Positions 1 through 13,740 of a stretch of DNA of 64,000 nt are shown here, piece after piece (the stretch's first letter is position 1; the number at the start of each line of letters is the position of its first letter). Location of the stretch: NCBI RefSeq assembly GCF_009834535.1, contig NC_045707.1:47060001-47124000 (forward strand), written 5' to 3'. Both the position numbers and the translations under genes were made by a program. The notes below the pieces were generated by a model. That model saw only the letters and a list, made by a program, of their open reading frames with translations. It did not search any database and was not told the origin of the DNA. This DNA is from Camelus ferus. Lineage: Eukaryota.

Positions 1-704
1 CCGGCCGGGTCTGATTACTTGAAAAACAGTCCAGTCACCAGTCTATCCAGTACGAAGACAGTTAACCCAGATACTTGGACAATCGGGTTCCCACAAGTAC
101 TACTATCTTTCACATCAACCCTGTTTATTCAGTCTCTTGAAGTTGTAGGGCATTCTCTCTCTGTAGACAGAGGACAGACTTTCTTTGTATAGTAAATTAA
201 GAAAAAAAATTTAGTTTCACTGAACATTTCCTTTCTCGGAAAGCTTAAAATTGATTTCCTTTGTAATTTCCAGTGATAAGTGCTAATAGCAGATGTCCTT
301 GCCAGTTTTTGTAATCCCAGTGACATCACAGAACGTGCATCACCGTAGAAAATTGTTTTTCTAGGCGGCTGTGATGACATCAACCACTACAAGGTGGGGA
401 AAAAAGAAACAACAGAAAATTCTACATTCAGTGGCTAACTGACTAATGAAGGATGAACAGGTTTTTAAAGTTAAGTTCCCTTAACTGAGCAGTATTCTCA
501 ATTACTTGCCTTTATTTATTCAATCTATTTATTTGTATAATCTCACTTATAGTACAAGTCCCTAGTCAGAAAGGCTCCTCACTCCCCAAAAAAGCAGGAA
601 TTATAGGCTAGAGCTTTAGGGGTTCCTGAGTCACACTGCCTCATGTCATGGCATAAGCAGAAGGGCTAAAAAAAGACCCAGACACAGGGCAAGGAGATAA
701 TCTT

Positions 705-805
705 GAAGGAAGGAAGGAAGGGGGAAGGAAGAAGAAAAGAAGGAAGGGAAAGGAAAAGAAAGGAAAAGGGAAGGAAAGGAAAGATGAAAAGAAGAGAAAA
801 GAAAT
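705..805. repeat. Polypurine (GA-rich) low-complexity tract
   Basis: GAAG/GAAA units seen directly. Confidence 0.9.
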
Positions 806-3800
806 ACAAAAAGCCAATAAGCATTTGGTCTGGGCAACCTTACAAACTATTAGTCAGGGTTCTCTAGAGAAACAAAACTGATAGGATGTGTTTATACAGA
901 GAGACTGAGCTTCATTTTGTTTCAGAACATCACATAAGAGCTTGATCTCATTTATATACAATTAAATAAGTAAATTGCTGTATTTCCTGGGAAGGACGTT
1001 TACCAAAATCTTAATTGTGGTTATCTCCGAGGGGTGGAATTTCAGGTTATTTAAGTAACATTTACTGGGGGCTTACTGCATGTCAGGCATTCTTTTAAGT
1101 ATTTTACATGGATTGAATTCATGTAATAATCTGTATTCTTGCATTAAAAAAAAAAACCCAAAATCGTGTATCATTTTCCCCCAAAAACTATGAAGCAGTT
1201 TTTGAAAATACCCCTTGTATTCTCATATATGGGCAGCCCTTGTTTCTCAAAGCTCCACAACCTTGGGACCCCTGAGAGTCTGAAACTGCTGTACACAGTT
1301 CCTACCCAGCATTATCATTGGAAATCTCTCCATTTCACATGCACACAAAAAAATGATGCTTTCCCATTACTGTTGGAATGTTTTGTTTGTTTGATTGTTT
1401 TCATGGCCCCTCTTGTTTATAAAGAACTGGGTGAATGAGTAATATGTTCCCTTTAAATCCCCAATCTTACCCTTAACCCTCCACCACAGAAACCCTTCTA
1501 ATGTATTTAGTTTGCATCCTTTTGTTTCTGTATGTTCTTATAAAATGTGCATAGTTGACCTAAACGGTTTGATTTTATTCAAGGGTTCTCTCAGCCACAC
1601 ACCCCACTACAACCACCCATCCAGTGCTGATACCCACTCAGTGCTCTCACTGTTTCTGCTGTTGCTGCCTTAAGGATTCCTAGAATTGCAAGCATGTCCT
1701 CCATCATTCCTCTGCCAACCACTCACCTCCAATCCCATGACTTGCCCCAGTGCTTAAGGTTCATTAGACCATCCAAAAGTCAACCTTGGTTGTTGTTGTT
1801 TTTCATATGTGTAGCCCTCTCTACTGAGAAACTTGCTTCCAGTTTCCCACTCGCCAGCCTGGAGGAAACTGCAAAGCTAGCAACGATTGCCAGGTCAAGT
1901 ACCAAACTAAGGTCCCTGGACAAGGCACTATCTGCCAGCTCTCTCACCTCCGAGTAACTCCTCTGCCTGCTAAGTCACTTCCCTTCTCCACTAGGTGGAA
2001 GCAGCCTGGCTTCCCAACTTGTGCTAATACTTATGTATAAAGGCTGGATTTTCAGCCCCAAGATTCCTTTACTGTATCTTCCAGCAGACCTAACAAGTCC
2101 TTCATCATCTCCCAGCCAGAGAGCTCAAGATTCATAAGAGGAATAAGAATGTATATGTTGTGATGAGTCCCCACTGTGACCTTTCTATAATTTCTGCCTT
2201 CTACTCATCCCATTGGCTGTCTTTAACTTTAATCTGATGTAATCTGCAGGAAAATGCTAAGAGTGGGGCATGGTCAGAGGGGGATTCATCCCAAAGTTAA
2301 TCAAACTTGATGTTCAAGGCCCCTATCTTGTAAAGGTCCTAGGAAAAGGCCTAACAATGCTCCCACAAGGGCACATGTTTTGTTAAATATGCAAAATTAG
2401 GACATTTTAAGCCCTCTGTCTTTGCTGTCTAACTTACCTTTCATCGCAATCTCCCAGATCAGGGAGCTTTGGAGGGGCCTTGGACAGTATGGGATTTGGC
2501 TAATGGAAAGTTGGTTGGGGATACACATGGTGGGGTTTAGTAGATATATTTCTGTTTCTTAAGCACTGTTGTGTTTTCTTGTTAATAGTATTTGTATTCT
2601 AAAATTGTATTCTTTTCTTAAAGAGGGTTTCCAAAATTATAACACTTTCCTCTACCTCCCAAAGTAGGATCTCCCTACTAAATGAAGCCCAGTGTAATTT
2701 GCTACAGAACCCATGTAACCCTTGGGGTGACCATGTGCCTTGATGGCTCTGTCCTGATCTTAGTTTTGAAACATTCCTGTTGGAAGTGGACCCATAATTC
2801 CACTTAAGTGCAGCTCTTGGCTCAGAGTCCAGTTTCCAACCTACACCTCTTCGTTGGTTTTCTTTTTGTGCTTCTTCTGCCGTACCCCCCCCCCCCACAC
2901 ATGCTCTTCTATATCTGGTGCAGTTGACTCCTATTTAAGTATCAGAAGCTGGAGTGCAGATTGGCAGTGAGCCAGTTCTTAAAAATGAGCTCAAATGTAC
3001 AAGTCAAACACTTGCAAGAATGCTCACAGCTGCCAGTCTTAACTTTAGAGGGAAAGAGTAGAAAACAGGCTTACATGGCAGATGTTCTCTCTCTGGAACT
3101 GAGGCTGTTTGATAAGGCAGAAATATTTCCAACTCTTCACCTAGCAAAACAGAGAAGGAACAAAACTACTGTAAGTTAGAAAAGCCCCTCAAACCAACAT
3201 CTCAGCAAAATTTTTAGCACACACACAAAAAAGTGCTCAAGAACTATTAAGTTAACAAATTCTCATTTTAGAGGAAAGCACCCCCAGTTGCTGCAAACTC
3301 TACTTCCATCTAAAATATCCTGGAAAAGACATCTTTCCATTGGCCTACATTCAAGGCTAAGTTTTTTGTCTTTTTTAGGGAGTGTGGGGCGCTAGGGGAA
3401 GAATTGCTTTCATCTTCTTTTCCTCAGCAAAATGCCTTTCCAGAAGTGTCAACCCTACCTATGTCAGGTTTTTTTTTTTTTTTTTTTATTGTTAACCTCC
3501 ATTTCTCTGGCAGACTTTCAAATTATTTTTTCTGGCTATAAAAGTAAGCTATCCATGTATTAATTGAAGAAACATTTAGAGTGTTTACAATATCTCAGGC
3601 CCTATTGTAGGTAATTCTTTCACTAGGAGAATTTTTCCTATGTTCCTAACTAGCCTTTGCAAGCATTATTTAATATCATAATAATTATGTTAAGCAGGCC
3701 CCAGGATTTATTTAGCCATTCTCTTTTTGTTAGACATTTAGATCATTTCCAGTTTCTCCCTATTGTAAATAATGCAGCAATGACCTTCCTTGCAATAGAC

Positions 3801-4110
3801 TCTTGTCGACATCTATGATTAATTCTTCATGACTGATATCTAGGAGTGGAATTACTAGATCAGAGGTTATGAACACTTTCAAGTTTCTTAATAAATATTC
3901 TGGCTGACTTTCTGATGCATATTGTCTATCACCTTTGACTTCCTCACATCCTGCTGAAGGGAAGAATCACCCACTTCTATCTAAAAACAGGAGAGCATAT
4001 TCTATTCCTTCCATAGAGGTTTGCTGATTCCCAAAATAATTTCTTGGTGGCAATAAAAATAATCTGGTGGTGATAAAAATTACCATTGTTTTCTTGAACA
4101 ACTATAGTCC

Positions 4111-4626
4111 TGTTGACTGAAAAAAAAAAAAAAAGCACAACCTAAAAGCTGACAGTTATGTTTTATTTGCAGAGATTTCTGAGGACTTAAGCCTGGGATA
4201 CAATCTCTCAGATCATTCTAAGAGACTATTCTGAAGAGGTAGGGGAGGAACCAGGATATATGGGAGTTTTTGCAACAAAGACCAGGTAGTCATAACATCA
4301 AAATTAATTAAAGAAAACCAGAGGTCTCAAGTTAAGGAATTTAGTGTTTTTTCCATGTATGGGAAGATGCAAAAGTCTGGGCTTATTGAAATCATTCCTT
4401 TGATATACACCTGAGTTATCCAGGGCCAGTATCCTGTTCTTTCCCATTCTGAGTCCCCTGAGGGGGCACCATTAGGGGTAGTGGCAGAGGCCAGGCTGCC
4501 TGCTAGTCTCCATGCTGAGTTCCCTCTGGCTCACTGTTGTCCTCGTCCTTGGGGGAAGGCTGATAGCTGATGGCTGCAGCGTCCTTTGTTTACTGATGAT
4601 AATGTAGGCAATAATTTTCTTTGACA
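4111..4626 (-). mobile_element. Solo LTR of an ERV1 (gamma-like) family
   Basis: TG...CA termini, perfect 4-bp TSD GTCC (4107-4110 and 4627-4630), minus-strand AATAAA near its 3' end (about 4162-4167). Confidence 0.85.
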
Positions 4627-5648
4627 GTCCTTTTGGTATTACACTCATCCTCTAGGATCACATTTTTGCATTCTTTTCGCAAAGGCAAAACACTCAGAGA
4701 AGAAAGAATATCCACACACTCATCTGCTCACTGTTATCACTGTAGGCAAACAAGAAATCAACTTGGAAAGGAAATCATCCATGAAAAACATGGAGTCATG
4801 AGAAGGTATGTAAGATTCTAGTAATCATCTTGATTACTGTACATACTGGGGTTTTTTTGAGGAGGAGAGAGGATGTGATGCTAAACACATCCCTGAAATA
4901 GCCTTGTCACAATAATAGCACACTGAATAAATGAGCCTTCTTACTTCATCAGCATCTCTGCTCCAGCAAGTCAACTGGTAAAAATGCCTCATGGAGGTGC
5001 TTTTCAATATATAAGCAAATTTCATTGCATAGCATTTTACCTTCTAATTTTTCTTCTGGAAAAATTTCATTCCCTGACTCTCTAGTAAGAAAGATTTCTG
5101 CTTTCCCAGAAAACCCATGCTGTCTTGAGAATGCTCCCAGGACTTTGTCCTCAAGAAGAAAAACTAGAGGGAAAAAACCAACCAGGAGCAAAAGTCCTCT
5201 TTGATCTAGTTCAAGGTGGAGTATTTGCTAACTGCCTTGCCTTGTTGTCTTAGTTGGATCAGAAGCTCCTCTAGCAGCAATTATGTTTATGTACTGGTCT
5301 GCTTAAGACAAAAACTATTAAGACTGAAATTCAAGCTTTCTCTTTCCTAGAAGCCAGGCAGCCTGAACATAAGTGATTGCCTGGTCTTATTCCCTCCAGC
5401 TAAGTCCAGGCTATGGAGAAATTCATGTCAAAGACAACAAGTTTCTTCTCTGGAGGACCAAAAGGGGTTTTATTAAAATGGAGAACAGACCCTACGGTGG
5501 AATGAAGAACAGCCATTATTCCTTCATTCAACAGTGACATACTGAATGCTTAGTAAGTGTGAGAAACTAGCATTGTGTGAGTAAAACAGACAGATAACAT
5601 GCTCTTATGGAGCTTGCTGCAGAGTGAGAAGTAAACATTAAATGAATA

Positions 5649-5856
5649 GAGTTGACCCTTGAACAACATAGGTTTGAACTATGCAGGTACACTTATATGC
5701 GGATTTTTTCCCCAATACTACAGTACCACACCATCAGAGTTGGCTGAATCTGCCGATGCAGAACTGTGGATTTGTAGGCCAACTGTATTATTGCTGGATT
5801 TTCCACTGGGCAGAGAGTCAGCAACCATAACCCCGAAGTTGTTCAAGAGTCAGCCG
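5649..5856 (+). mobile_element. Tigger2-family MITE (TcMar-Tigger)
   Basis: TIRs GAGTTGACCCTTGAACAAC and GTTGTTCAAGAGTCAGCCG, flanked by TA on both sides. Confidence 0.85.
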
Positions 5857-6169
5857 TAATCATGCCCATGAATATAAAACTAGTCTTGGTATGTCCTGGG
5901 GCATCAAGAACACAGAGATGCAAATGCCTATGATAAAGGATTTATTTTAATGGGGAAGGTAGGCAGCTGTGGCTGGAGTTTAGATCTGAAGGATGAGCTG
6001 GAGAAAAGGAAAGATAGTGTGGCTCTGGCATGGGGAAGAACATGAACAGAGAGGCTAAAGTCAGAGAGGCAAGAGGAGGGGGTAGTTTGCAGGACTCCAA
6101 AGATGTGATCAGGGCCTTGTAGGGTTTTAGTCTTCATCCTAAATGGGAATTTAGATGGGTTAAAACCCC

Positions 6170-6690
6170 TATTACTTGACAGTCAACTCTTAGGTATTTA
6201 CCCAAGAGAAATAAAAACTTTTATCCTCAAAAGACTTAACATGAATATTCATAGCAACCTTAAAATAGCCTAAAACTGGAAACAATCCAAATGTCCATCA
6301 ACAAGAGAATGGATAAATAAATTGTGGTATATTCATACTCAATTGAAAGGAATGAACACACAGCAACACTAAATATTCTTCAAAAGATTATGTTGAGTAA
6401 AAATAGGCACAAAAAAAGTCTGTACTGTGTTTTTTTCATTTGTATAAAATCCAAAAATGGGCAAAACTAATAGAAATCAAAGTGGTTGCCTCTGGATGCT
6501 GGGGCCAGGAAGAGGGTGAAATAACTGGAAAAGGGAGCAAGGGAACTTATGGAGGTGGTAGAAATGTTTCAAATTTTGTTTGCAGTGGTGGTTTCACAAG
6601 CATATCCCATTGTCAAAACTCCTCAAATTGAACCGAAGATCTGTGCACTATATTATTTGTATAATGTATATCAAAGTTTAAAAAAAAATA
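6170..6690 (+). mobile_element. Old L1 (L1MB/ME-type) 3' fragment
   Basis: Typical L1 3' motifs (ctaggtatttacccaagagaaat-like, ctggaaacaatccaaatgtccatca, gaatggataaataaattgtggtatattcat) and an A-rich end. Confidence 0.8.
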
Positions 6691-7689
6691 CAATACACTC
6701 ATTAAAGTGTTTAAGCACAAGAATGACATCAGATTTGCAATGTGAAAAAACAAAACAAAAACAAAAACAAACCTGGCTATGGTCTGGAGAAGGTAAGAAG
6801 GGGCCTGAATGGAAGTGGACAGACCAGTTCCTCTGTTTTATGTGAATTACCTAGAAGCCAGAATACCCCTGAGTATCCACGCTTCCCATCAGAGCATATT
6901 CTGCCCTTGATATAGGAGAATTCAGACCTCCCCTTGCTGATCCCCCCTAGGAATTGTGCAAAACAGCTCTCAGTAAACCACAAAGGGAATTTAGCTAGAG
7001 AAAAAAACTGGGAAGCTGGGGTAAGAGACTGAAGAAATCACAGACAAAGGAGATAGATTGAATCAAACTGCTATTATATAGTATCTTTCAAGGCATTATT
7101 AAAGTAATCATGTTTGTTTTTAATATTTCAGATCTGTCAAATGCTTTCTTAGGTTCTTTTCCTCACATCTACAATTTTCTTCTGAAATTATGAAGTCTAG
7201 CAGACTGGAACTGGTGGATGCAATAGGAAGGCAAAAATTATCTTTTACCCATAGTTGGAATGAACAGAATTAAAATGAGGTAAGATAGAGTCAGGTGTGT
7301 CTCAAAAAGGACACGGCAATATTATAGAAATGAAAGAGGGTTTCGGGGCAGGAAGGTTGTAGAATTATGGGTAGGATCCTAAAGGGCTTATCCCAGGCAC
7401 CACCACCAAGTCAGAAAGGCACATGCTTGCTGAAGGTTTAAAAGAACCACAGAATCTAAGCATTTTAGAGCTGGAAAGTGTTCTTAGAGGACCTTTCAGC
7501 CTACACATTTCACCCATGAAATGCAGGAGTAAAGGGACTAAATTCGTACCTAACATTTGATTAGCACTTTACCAAGTACTTCCACATTTATTGCTTCATT
7601 AAAACCCCATAAATTGTTGGCAAATGGCAATAATTAATTCTTTTCAGGAGTTGGGGCTCAGAGAGTGAAGCAGAGAAAGTGAATTCTCA

Positions 7690-8115
7690 TCAATACGTGA
7701 GTTTCTCCTCTTCTTCCAGGGTATGCCACTAGACACTGTTTCCAGTTCTCCTGCAGTTGTAGGGGTGGGTTCTGGGTTCTGGGTGGGGGACTGCAAAGAA
7801 CTGAGTTTTGGCCAATGGAATATAGCAGAAGCCCGCTCCTTTAGGGCTGACTACTAAGACCTAGTATACAATCCTCTCTTCACATTCTCTCTTCCCCTTT
7901 ACCTGCCATCCAGATGCACAGGACCCAGGAGAGGAGTTCGAGGCTCCAGGGGCTGGTGAAGCCACCACCTGGAAGGAGTCTGGGTCTCTGAATGGCTCTG
8001 TGGAACAGAGGTGTTTTCCCCTATTCACTGACCCAAGTTAGACTATGAAGTGAGAAATAAGTGTCCAGGCAAGGAAGTCTTGGTGGTTGTTGAACCAGTT
8101 AGCCTAATTAACATA
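7690..8115 (+). mobile_element. MaLR LTR (MLT1-type), degenerate
   Basis: gagttttggccaatggaat, ggaaggagtctgggtctctgaatg and gtgagaaataa motifs. Confidence 0.55.
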
Positions 8116-8653
8116 AGAAAAAATTAAAGGACTCATGCAAAACCCATATATTAATTTATTTAACAAAAAATTTGTTGAGCACCTATTATATGTGCCAGTC
8201 ATTGTGCTTGGCATTGGGCGTTCATCAATGAATTAACATAGATCTGGGCCGTGCCTTCATGGGGCTTATATCTAGTAGCTCACACAATTATGGACAGGGA
8301 TAAGATCCAGATGAAGACCTGCTTACTCTACATTTCTTCCATTTTCTACTCCACATGCTTCCTCCCAAATAATTTGAATCAAAATATGTGATACTCCTCA
8401 AAGGTTACTTTTAAAATAAATGATTTGTCCCACTATATGAGTTCTAGGGTGGAGAAAAGAGGTAGGGGCTGTTTGTTAAGCCTTTGTGTCTCCCAAGACC
8501 TAAGACGGCCCAGCCATGGTAAAATCCCATGTATCACAGAGCCTTAGTCAGTAGAAGGGATTGGAAAACCTTTGTTTTCATATACCTAAATTTTCAGTTA
8601 TTTAAGAATTAACCTAAAACTTGTATTTCAACATGTATTTACAGTTGATCCTT

Positions 8654-9276
8654 GTTACAACCAATGCCACAGAAATAAAAAAAATCATAAGAGAATACTA
8701 TGAACAATTATATGGCAACAAACTGGACAAACTACAAGAAATGGACAAGTTCCTAGAAAAATATAGTCACCAAAACTGAATTAAGAAGAAATAGACTACT
8801 TGAACAGATCAATCACTAGAAGTGAAGGAGGATCAGCAATAAAAAACCTCCCTGCAAACGAAAGTCCAGGACCAGATGGCTTCACTGGGGAATTCTACCA
8901 AACATACAAAGAACTCATACCAACCCTTCTCAAATTCTTCCAAGAGATTGAAGAGGAGGGAACACTCCTGAACTCATTCTATGAAGCCACCATCACCCTG
9001 ATATCAAAACCAGACAAAGACACGACCAAACAAGAAAATTACAGGCCAATATCATTGATGGACATAGATGCAAAAATCCTCAACAAAATATTAGCAAACA
9101 GAATCCAACAACACACAAAAAAAGATCATACACTATGATCAAGTTGGATTCATCCCAGGGACACAAGGATGGTTCAATATATGCAAATCCATCAATGTGA
9201 TATACAACATCAACAAAAACAAAGACTAAAATCACATGATCATTTCAATAGATGCAGAAAAAGCATTTGATAAAAT
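8654..9276 (+). mobile_element. Internal L1 ORF2 fragment (Z domain to start of RT)
   Basis: ORF 8800..9138 gives [17 protein letters not shown]...[27 protein letters not shown], followed by DNA encoding ISIDAEKAFDK. Confidence 0.95.
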
Positions 9277-9277
9277 A

Positions 9278-9524
9278 CAGTTGATCACTGAAAAACACAA
9301 GGGTTAGGGGCACTGACCTTGGCCCTCCACACAGTCCAAAATCCACATAAAACTTATAGTTGGCCCTCTGTATTATGGGATTCCTCCAAATCCACGGTTC
9401 TGCCTCCCTGGATTCAACCAACTGGGGATGATGTAGTACTGAATACTGAAGTATTTACTACTGACAGAAATCTGCATATAACTGGACCCACACAGCTCAA
9501 GCCTGTGTTGTTCAAGAGTAATTG
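9278..9524. mobile_element. Tigger2-family MITE (MER8-like)
   Basis: Begins ta|CAGTTGATCACTGAAAAAC and ends GTTGTTCAAGAGTAATTG; same TIR family as 5649-5856. Confidence 0.8.
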
Positions 9525-12500
9525 TTGAAAATGGCACAAGTTCATTTTCATGCTTTATTAAGTAGTAGTAACCTAAAATTCTATGAGCCTGTGAACTTGG
9601 TGGCTTTCTGGTGTCTCATAGACCCTATTCAGAACACATGTTCTCCTTGTAATGCATTGTTAAGGGACTAAATTAAATAAATATCTTAGATTCAAGATAT
9701 CTCAAGCAATTTGTTGGATCTTTTAGAATACTCAGAGGCTGGTTTCTTATGCTTTACTCTTTTCTAGACAATTAGTTTTGGCAAGCAGATAGGACAATTG
9801 TCCTGGCCAATAGATTCTGAGTTTTCATTTGTTTTCAGATCTTGCTCTGAAAAAACTTCAGATTTATATGTATTTATCCAATTATTACTCTTATTTGAGT
9901 GAACTTTGTGTGATCATTGTTACATCAGTTAAGACTCTTGGTTGTAAGTAACAGAAAGATCCATTCAAATGCGCTTAAGTAAAAGATTATTTTTGGTTCA
10001 GTAACTAGAACCTTTCTCTTTATCTCTCACCTCCATGTCTTTCAGGTTGGCTCCAATCTCAAACAGTTCCCTCATGGTCATTAGATGGCTGCAGAAATGA
10101 TAGCTTTGGCATCTTAAATTCATATCCAATGGAGAAAAAATATATCTGCTGGTGGCATTCTTAAAAGTCTTGAAATGTCCTCAGATTGCACTGGTTTAGG
10201 TCATGTACCCACCTCAGGAACACATGTGTAAATTGTCTTGGTTCTAAGTCACAGCTCCACTCTTGATGTAAGGGTCAGAATGCCATCGAGACCTCATAGA
10301 CTGAGAATGGGGAAAGGGTAAATCTCCAGAAGAAAAATGGAGGCTGATTCTGTAAGGAGAGGTAGGCAAAAAAAAAGTATGGAATACAATGATTAACACT
10401 GCCATCGAAGGCATTGGATGATTTTAAGTACTGAACCAAACCTAGAATATTTTTAAAGAATATAGCCATTAACCAGCTTGGATAGTTGTCCTTGACCTTA
10501 GAAAATGTCTGGGTAAACACAAGGATTAGGGTTTCTACTTAGCCTTAAGGACTAGAAAAGCTAAAAGAGTAAATAGAGACAGTAAAACCTGTTAAAGTAA
10601 CTGTTAGAGAAAGTGTAACCTTGAGCAGGCACTTGGGAAATTGTTTATAACAAAAGGGAAGATCAGAAAGTATATATACTTTCTCTTACAACTGATTTAT
10701 TTTTTGTTGCTTTAGAAAAGGAAGTATTTGGTAAAGTGACACCATCCATGAATGCAATAGTGTGATGGGGGAGGTGTTGAATGGAAATACAATTTTAAAC
10801 TAAAGTTGTTAACAAGAAAGAGATCCTTGGGAGACTGACTGCCTGGATAGATGTTCTAATATTAGGCATAGATAGAAAAAAAAAATCATTTTGAAAAACT
10901 GCTACTTTTACTAGGAAAAATAAACACCATGTATAGTCACTTTTTTTTTTAACCATTTTGGATGGAAAGTTTGAGATGCTTATCAAAATGAAGTTAACTT
11001 TTGACCACATTAATTAGGTTAGCTTTTGACAACATCAATTAAAACCTTGAATTTTACTTGAAGTTATTATACGAGTGCTGTCTCTCTCTTTGGGTAAAGA
11101 GTGACTGAAACCCAAGTCAAACTAGCTTAGGCACAAAAGAATCTTGTGTTGGAAGACTCAGTTCTGAGATGGCAAAGTCACACTCTAGCTTCACAGACAA
11201 GGAATCAGATAATCAAACACCACCTGCAGTATTCCCCTTTGATCTCTTATCTTTTCTCTTATGCTGGCCTTCTTCCTAGGAATTATGCAGCAAACAAATA
11301 GAATGCCCCATCTCTTCATTTGTCTTATAGAGGGAGTGAGCCCCTTTGCTCTATGCCAGTTTTTCAAATCCTGAAGGACACTTATTGGCCTGGTTTAGGT
11401 TATCCGCTCACTCAAGACCAAAACACTATTTCAATCAACCCTACTTGATGGGATTACTCATCTCTGGTACAATTAACTAAACCAGGAGTTGGGACTCCCT
11501 ACAAGACGTTTGTGGTGGGAAAATAAAGTATTTTCCAGAAGAGGATTGGAATGCTGAGCCAACAAGAGCAGAGATATTCACACCAAATACCCAATTTTTT
11601 CTTAATAGTAAATATTAATGCCATAAACATAATTATCACTTTAACAAGTAGAGAGTTACAATTGTGACGCTAAAGCCCACATAACAAGCCAAAAAAGCTT
11701 GGTGCAGTTAGATAACCCAAAATTTTCACAGGTGGTGTCAGGCTTTGCTCGGTGCCTCCCTACCCTACTGAGATCATGTGATGCCTACTGAAAGTCAGAG
11801 CTCTGCCCAGATCTCCTAGAATGAATCCTAACCTTGGGGAGACCTTAGAGCTCTATGTGCCACTCTGGGACTCAAGGTCAAATCATCTTCCACCTGCCTA
11901 TGACTGAAGTTTCAGTTCTGATAATCAGAACTCTGCTTTGCTCATCTTTACCTAAGCCAAGTTTCTCCTTCTTTCTGACCTCCCATTCCCCTATGTGACC
12001 ACCACATACCATAGCCCTTCACAGACAGGCTTCACAGATCTTGGTTTCTAAATACCATTTTCTACTCAAGGGAAACAAGAGTCCTGAGAGAAATGGCTGA
12101 TTCCAAGGCTAAAGGAGGGAAGTTATAAGAGAAGCTTAAAACATCTCATTGTACCAGCAAGTAAAGAGAGGCTCAAAAACAATGGGGAGAGTCAGAGCTT
12201 GAAGGGCTCCCCTTACCTTACTTGAATTCTTAGCAGCATTAAAAATTGCTAATCTCATCCTTGAAACTCTCCTTTAACTTTTGGTCATTTTCTCAATGAC
12301 ATTTCCTTCAAAGAGTCTTTTCTGGGTATCTCATTTTCATACCTTAATAAATACCCTTGGGGTTCTGTCCTCAGCCCTTTTCTTCTCATTTTATTCCTTC
12401 CCTGGGTGATCTTAGCTAATGCTACAGCTTCAATTATATAAACAATGGCTCTCAAATATACACTTCTTAGTATACTTACATGTGGGTAGACAGGTGAGAG

Positions 12501-12705
12501 AGATTTAGCATAGACATCGCTCTTAAAGTTCCAGAGTCATAAATCCATCCAATATCTCCACTTAGCTTTAACCCACTGATATCTCAAAGATAACCTGTTA
12601 AAAATTGAAGACATTTCCTTCTTCTTATCTAGTGTTCTTTATTTCTATTACTGGTACTTCCAACATCTGACTGTCTAAGCCAAGACACCCTGGGGTTATT
12701 CTTAA

Positions 12706-13275
12706 TGTCAGTGCCTTTCAGCCAGAGACCACCAGGAACACATCTCTAGTTGAACAAGCTGAGTTTATTACTCATTGCAGTGAAGGAGAACGCACAGCAT
12801 AGGAAACCCCGGAACTTAGCAAGAGAGTGTTAGAAAGAACCTGTTAGAGGACTTGGGATTTGATTGAGTGATTTGAGAGACTGCTAAGGAAGCAGGGATC
12901 TGCTTTAGATTGACCACTCTTAGAAGGAAAGAAGAGGCATTTTATGATTGGGATCTCAATACATCTTATTTCCAGGAAAGACAGTCCAGAGCAAGGATAA
13001 CCCTATAAATGGTAAGTAAGTAACTGTCACTCATTTTAGCCGAGAGAGGGGCAGGGTGTTTCGTATTTTGTGGATGGCTTGGGGATTCTGTCTCTCTGTG
13101 CTTTGACAACATTATGAAGTGGACCTGTTTTGTCTCAAGTTGTTATGGTCTCAGAATAATCTTGTCTGATGTTGGTATTCTGTGAAATTCTTATGCCCAA
13201 CAGAAAATAACATGGCATAGCTCTGAATGCCCAGTGTCTGGATGTCAACAGCTGCTTCCTCTCCCCTCCCCCTTT
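12706..13275 (-). mobile_element. Old ERV LTR (MER90/MER110-like) interrupting an L2 relic
   Basis: Starts TGTCA, minus-strand AATAAA at about 12764, recalled similarity to old eutherian LTRs; L2-like pyrimidine-rich sequence on both sides. Boundaries approximate. Confidence 0.5.
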
Positions 13276-13740
13276 CTCATTCATTATTGTCATTCCCATA
13301 TAAATTACTTACTTACCAAATCCTATTTATTTTACTTCTAACTTCTATGGAATCTGTCCCCTTCTCTCCATCTTCTTTTCTGCTTCTCTAATCCAGGCCA
13401 TTATCATTTGTCATCTGAATTACTACATCAGTCATTTAACAGTTCCCCCTACATTTTGTCTTGTTCCTGTTCCAGTCCATCCTTTACCCTCCCCCAGTTA
13501 GTCAGAATGAAATTCCTAAAAATATCATCCCCCTTAAAATCTTCTTTGGTTATATTATCAGGCATGTTGCTAACACTTAAATGGTAAAATTAAGAACCAG
13601 TGACGTTAGCAATGAAAATACACTTTTTTCTTTTCTCCCTAAAAGGAATCAAGAATGGTGGAAGAGTATTTTTACAAGGAATCAGCTGAATTTGGAGACT
13701 ATTTTGATATCCTGGTTCCCTCTTCAGAAACTATGACTCA

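Noticed and set aside
646..837. Hydrophobic or Lys/Glu-rich ORFs here and at 51442-51671
   Set aside because: Translations of polypurine/polypyrimidine low-complexity tracts.
1988..2003. CCACTAGGTGGAAGC as a CTCF site
   Set aside because: Lacks the strongly preferred C after GGTGG; too weak to call without data.
8800..9138. 112-aa ORF as a novel reverse-transcriptase-linked gene
   Set aside because: Plain L1 ORF2 fragment with a stop and no catalytic YADD region.
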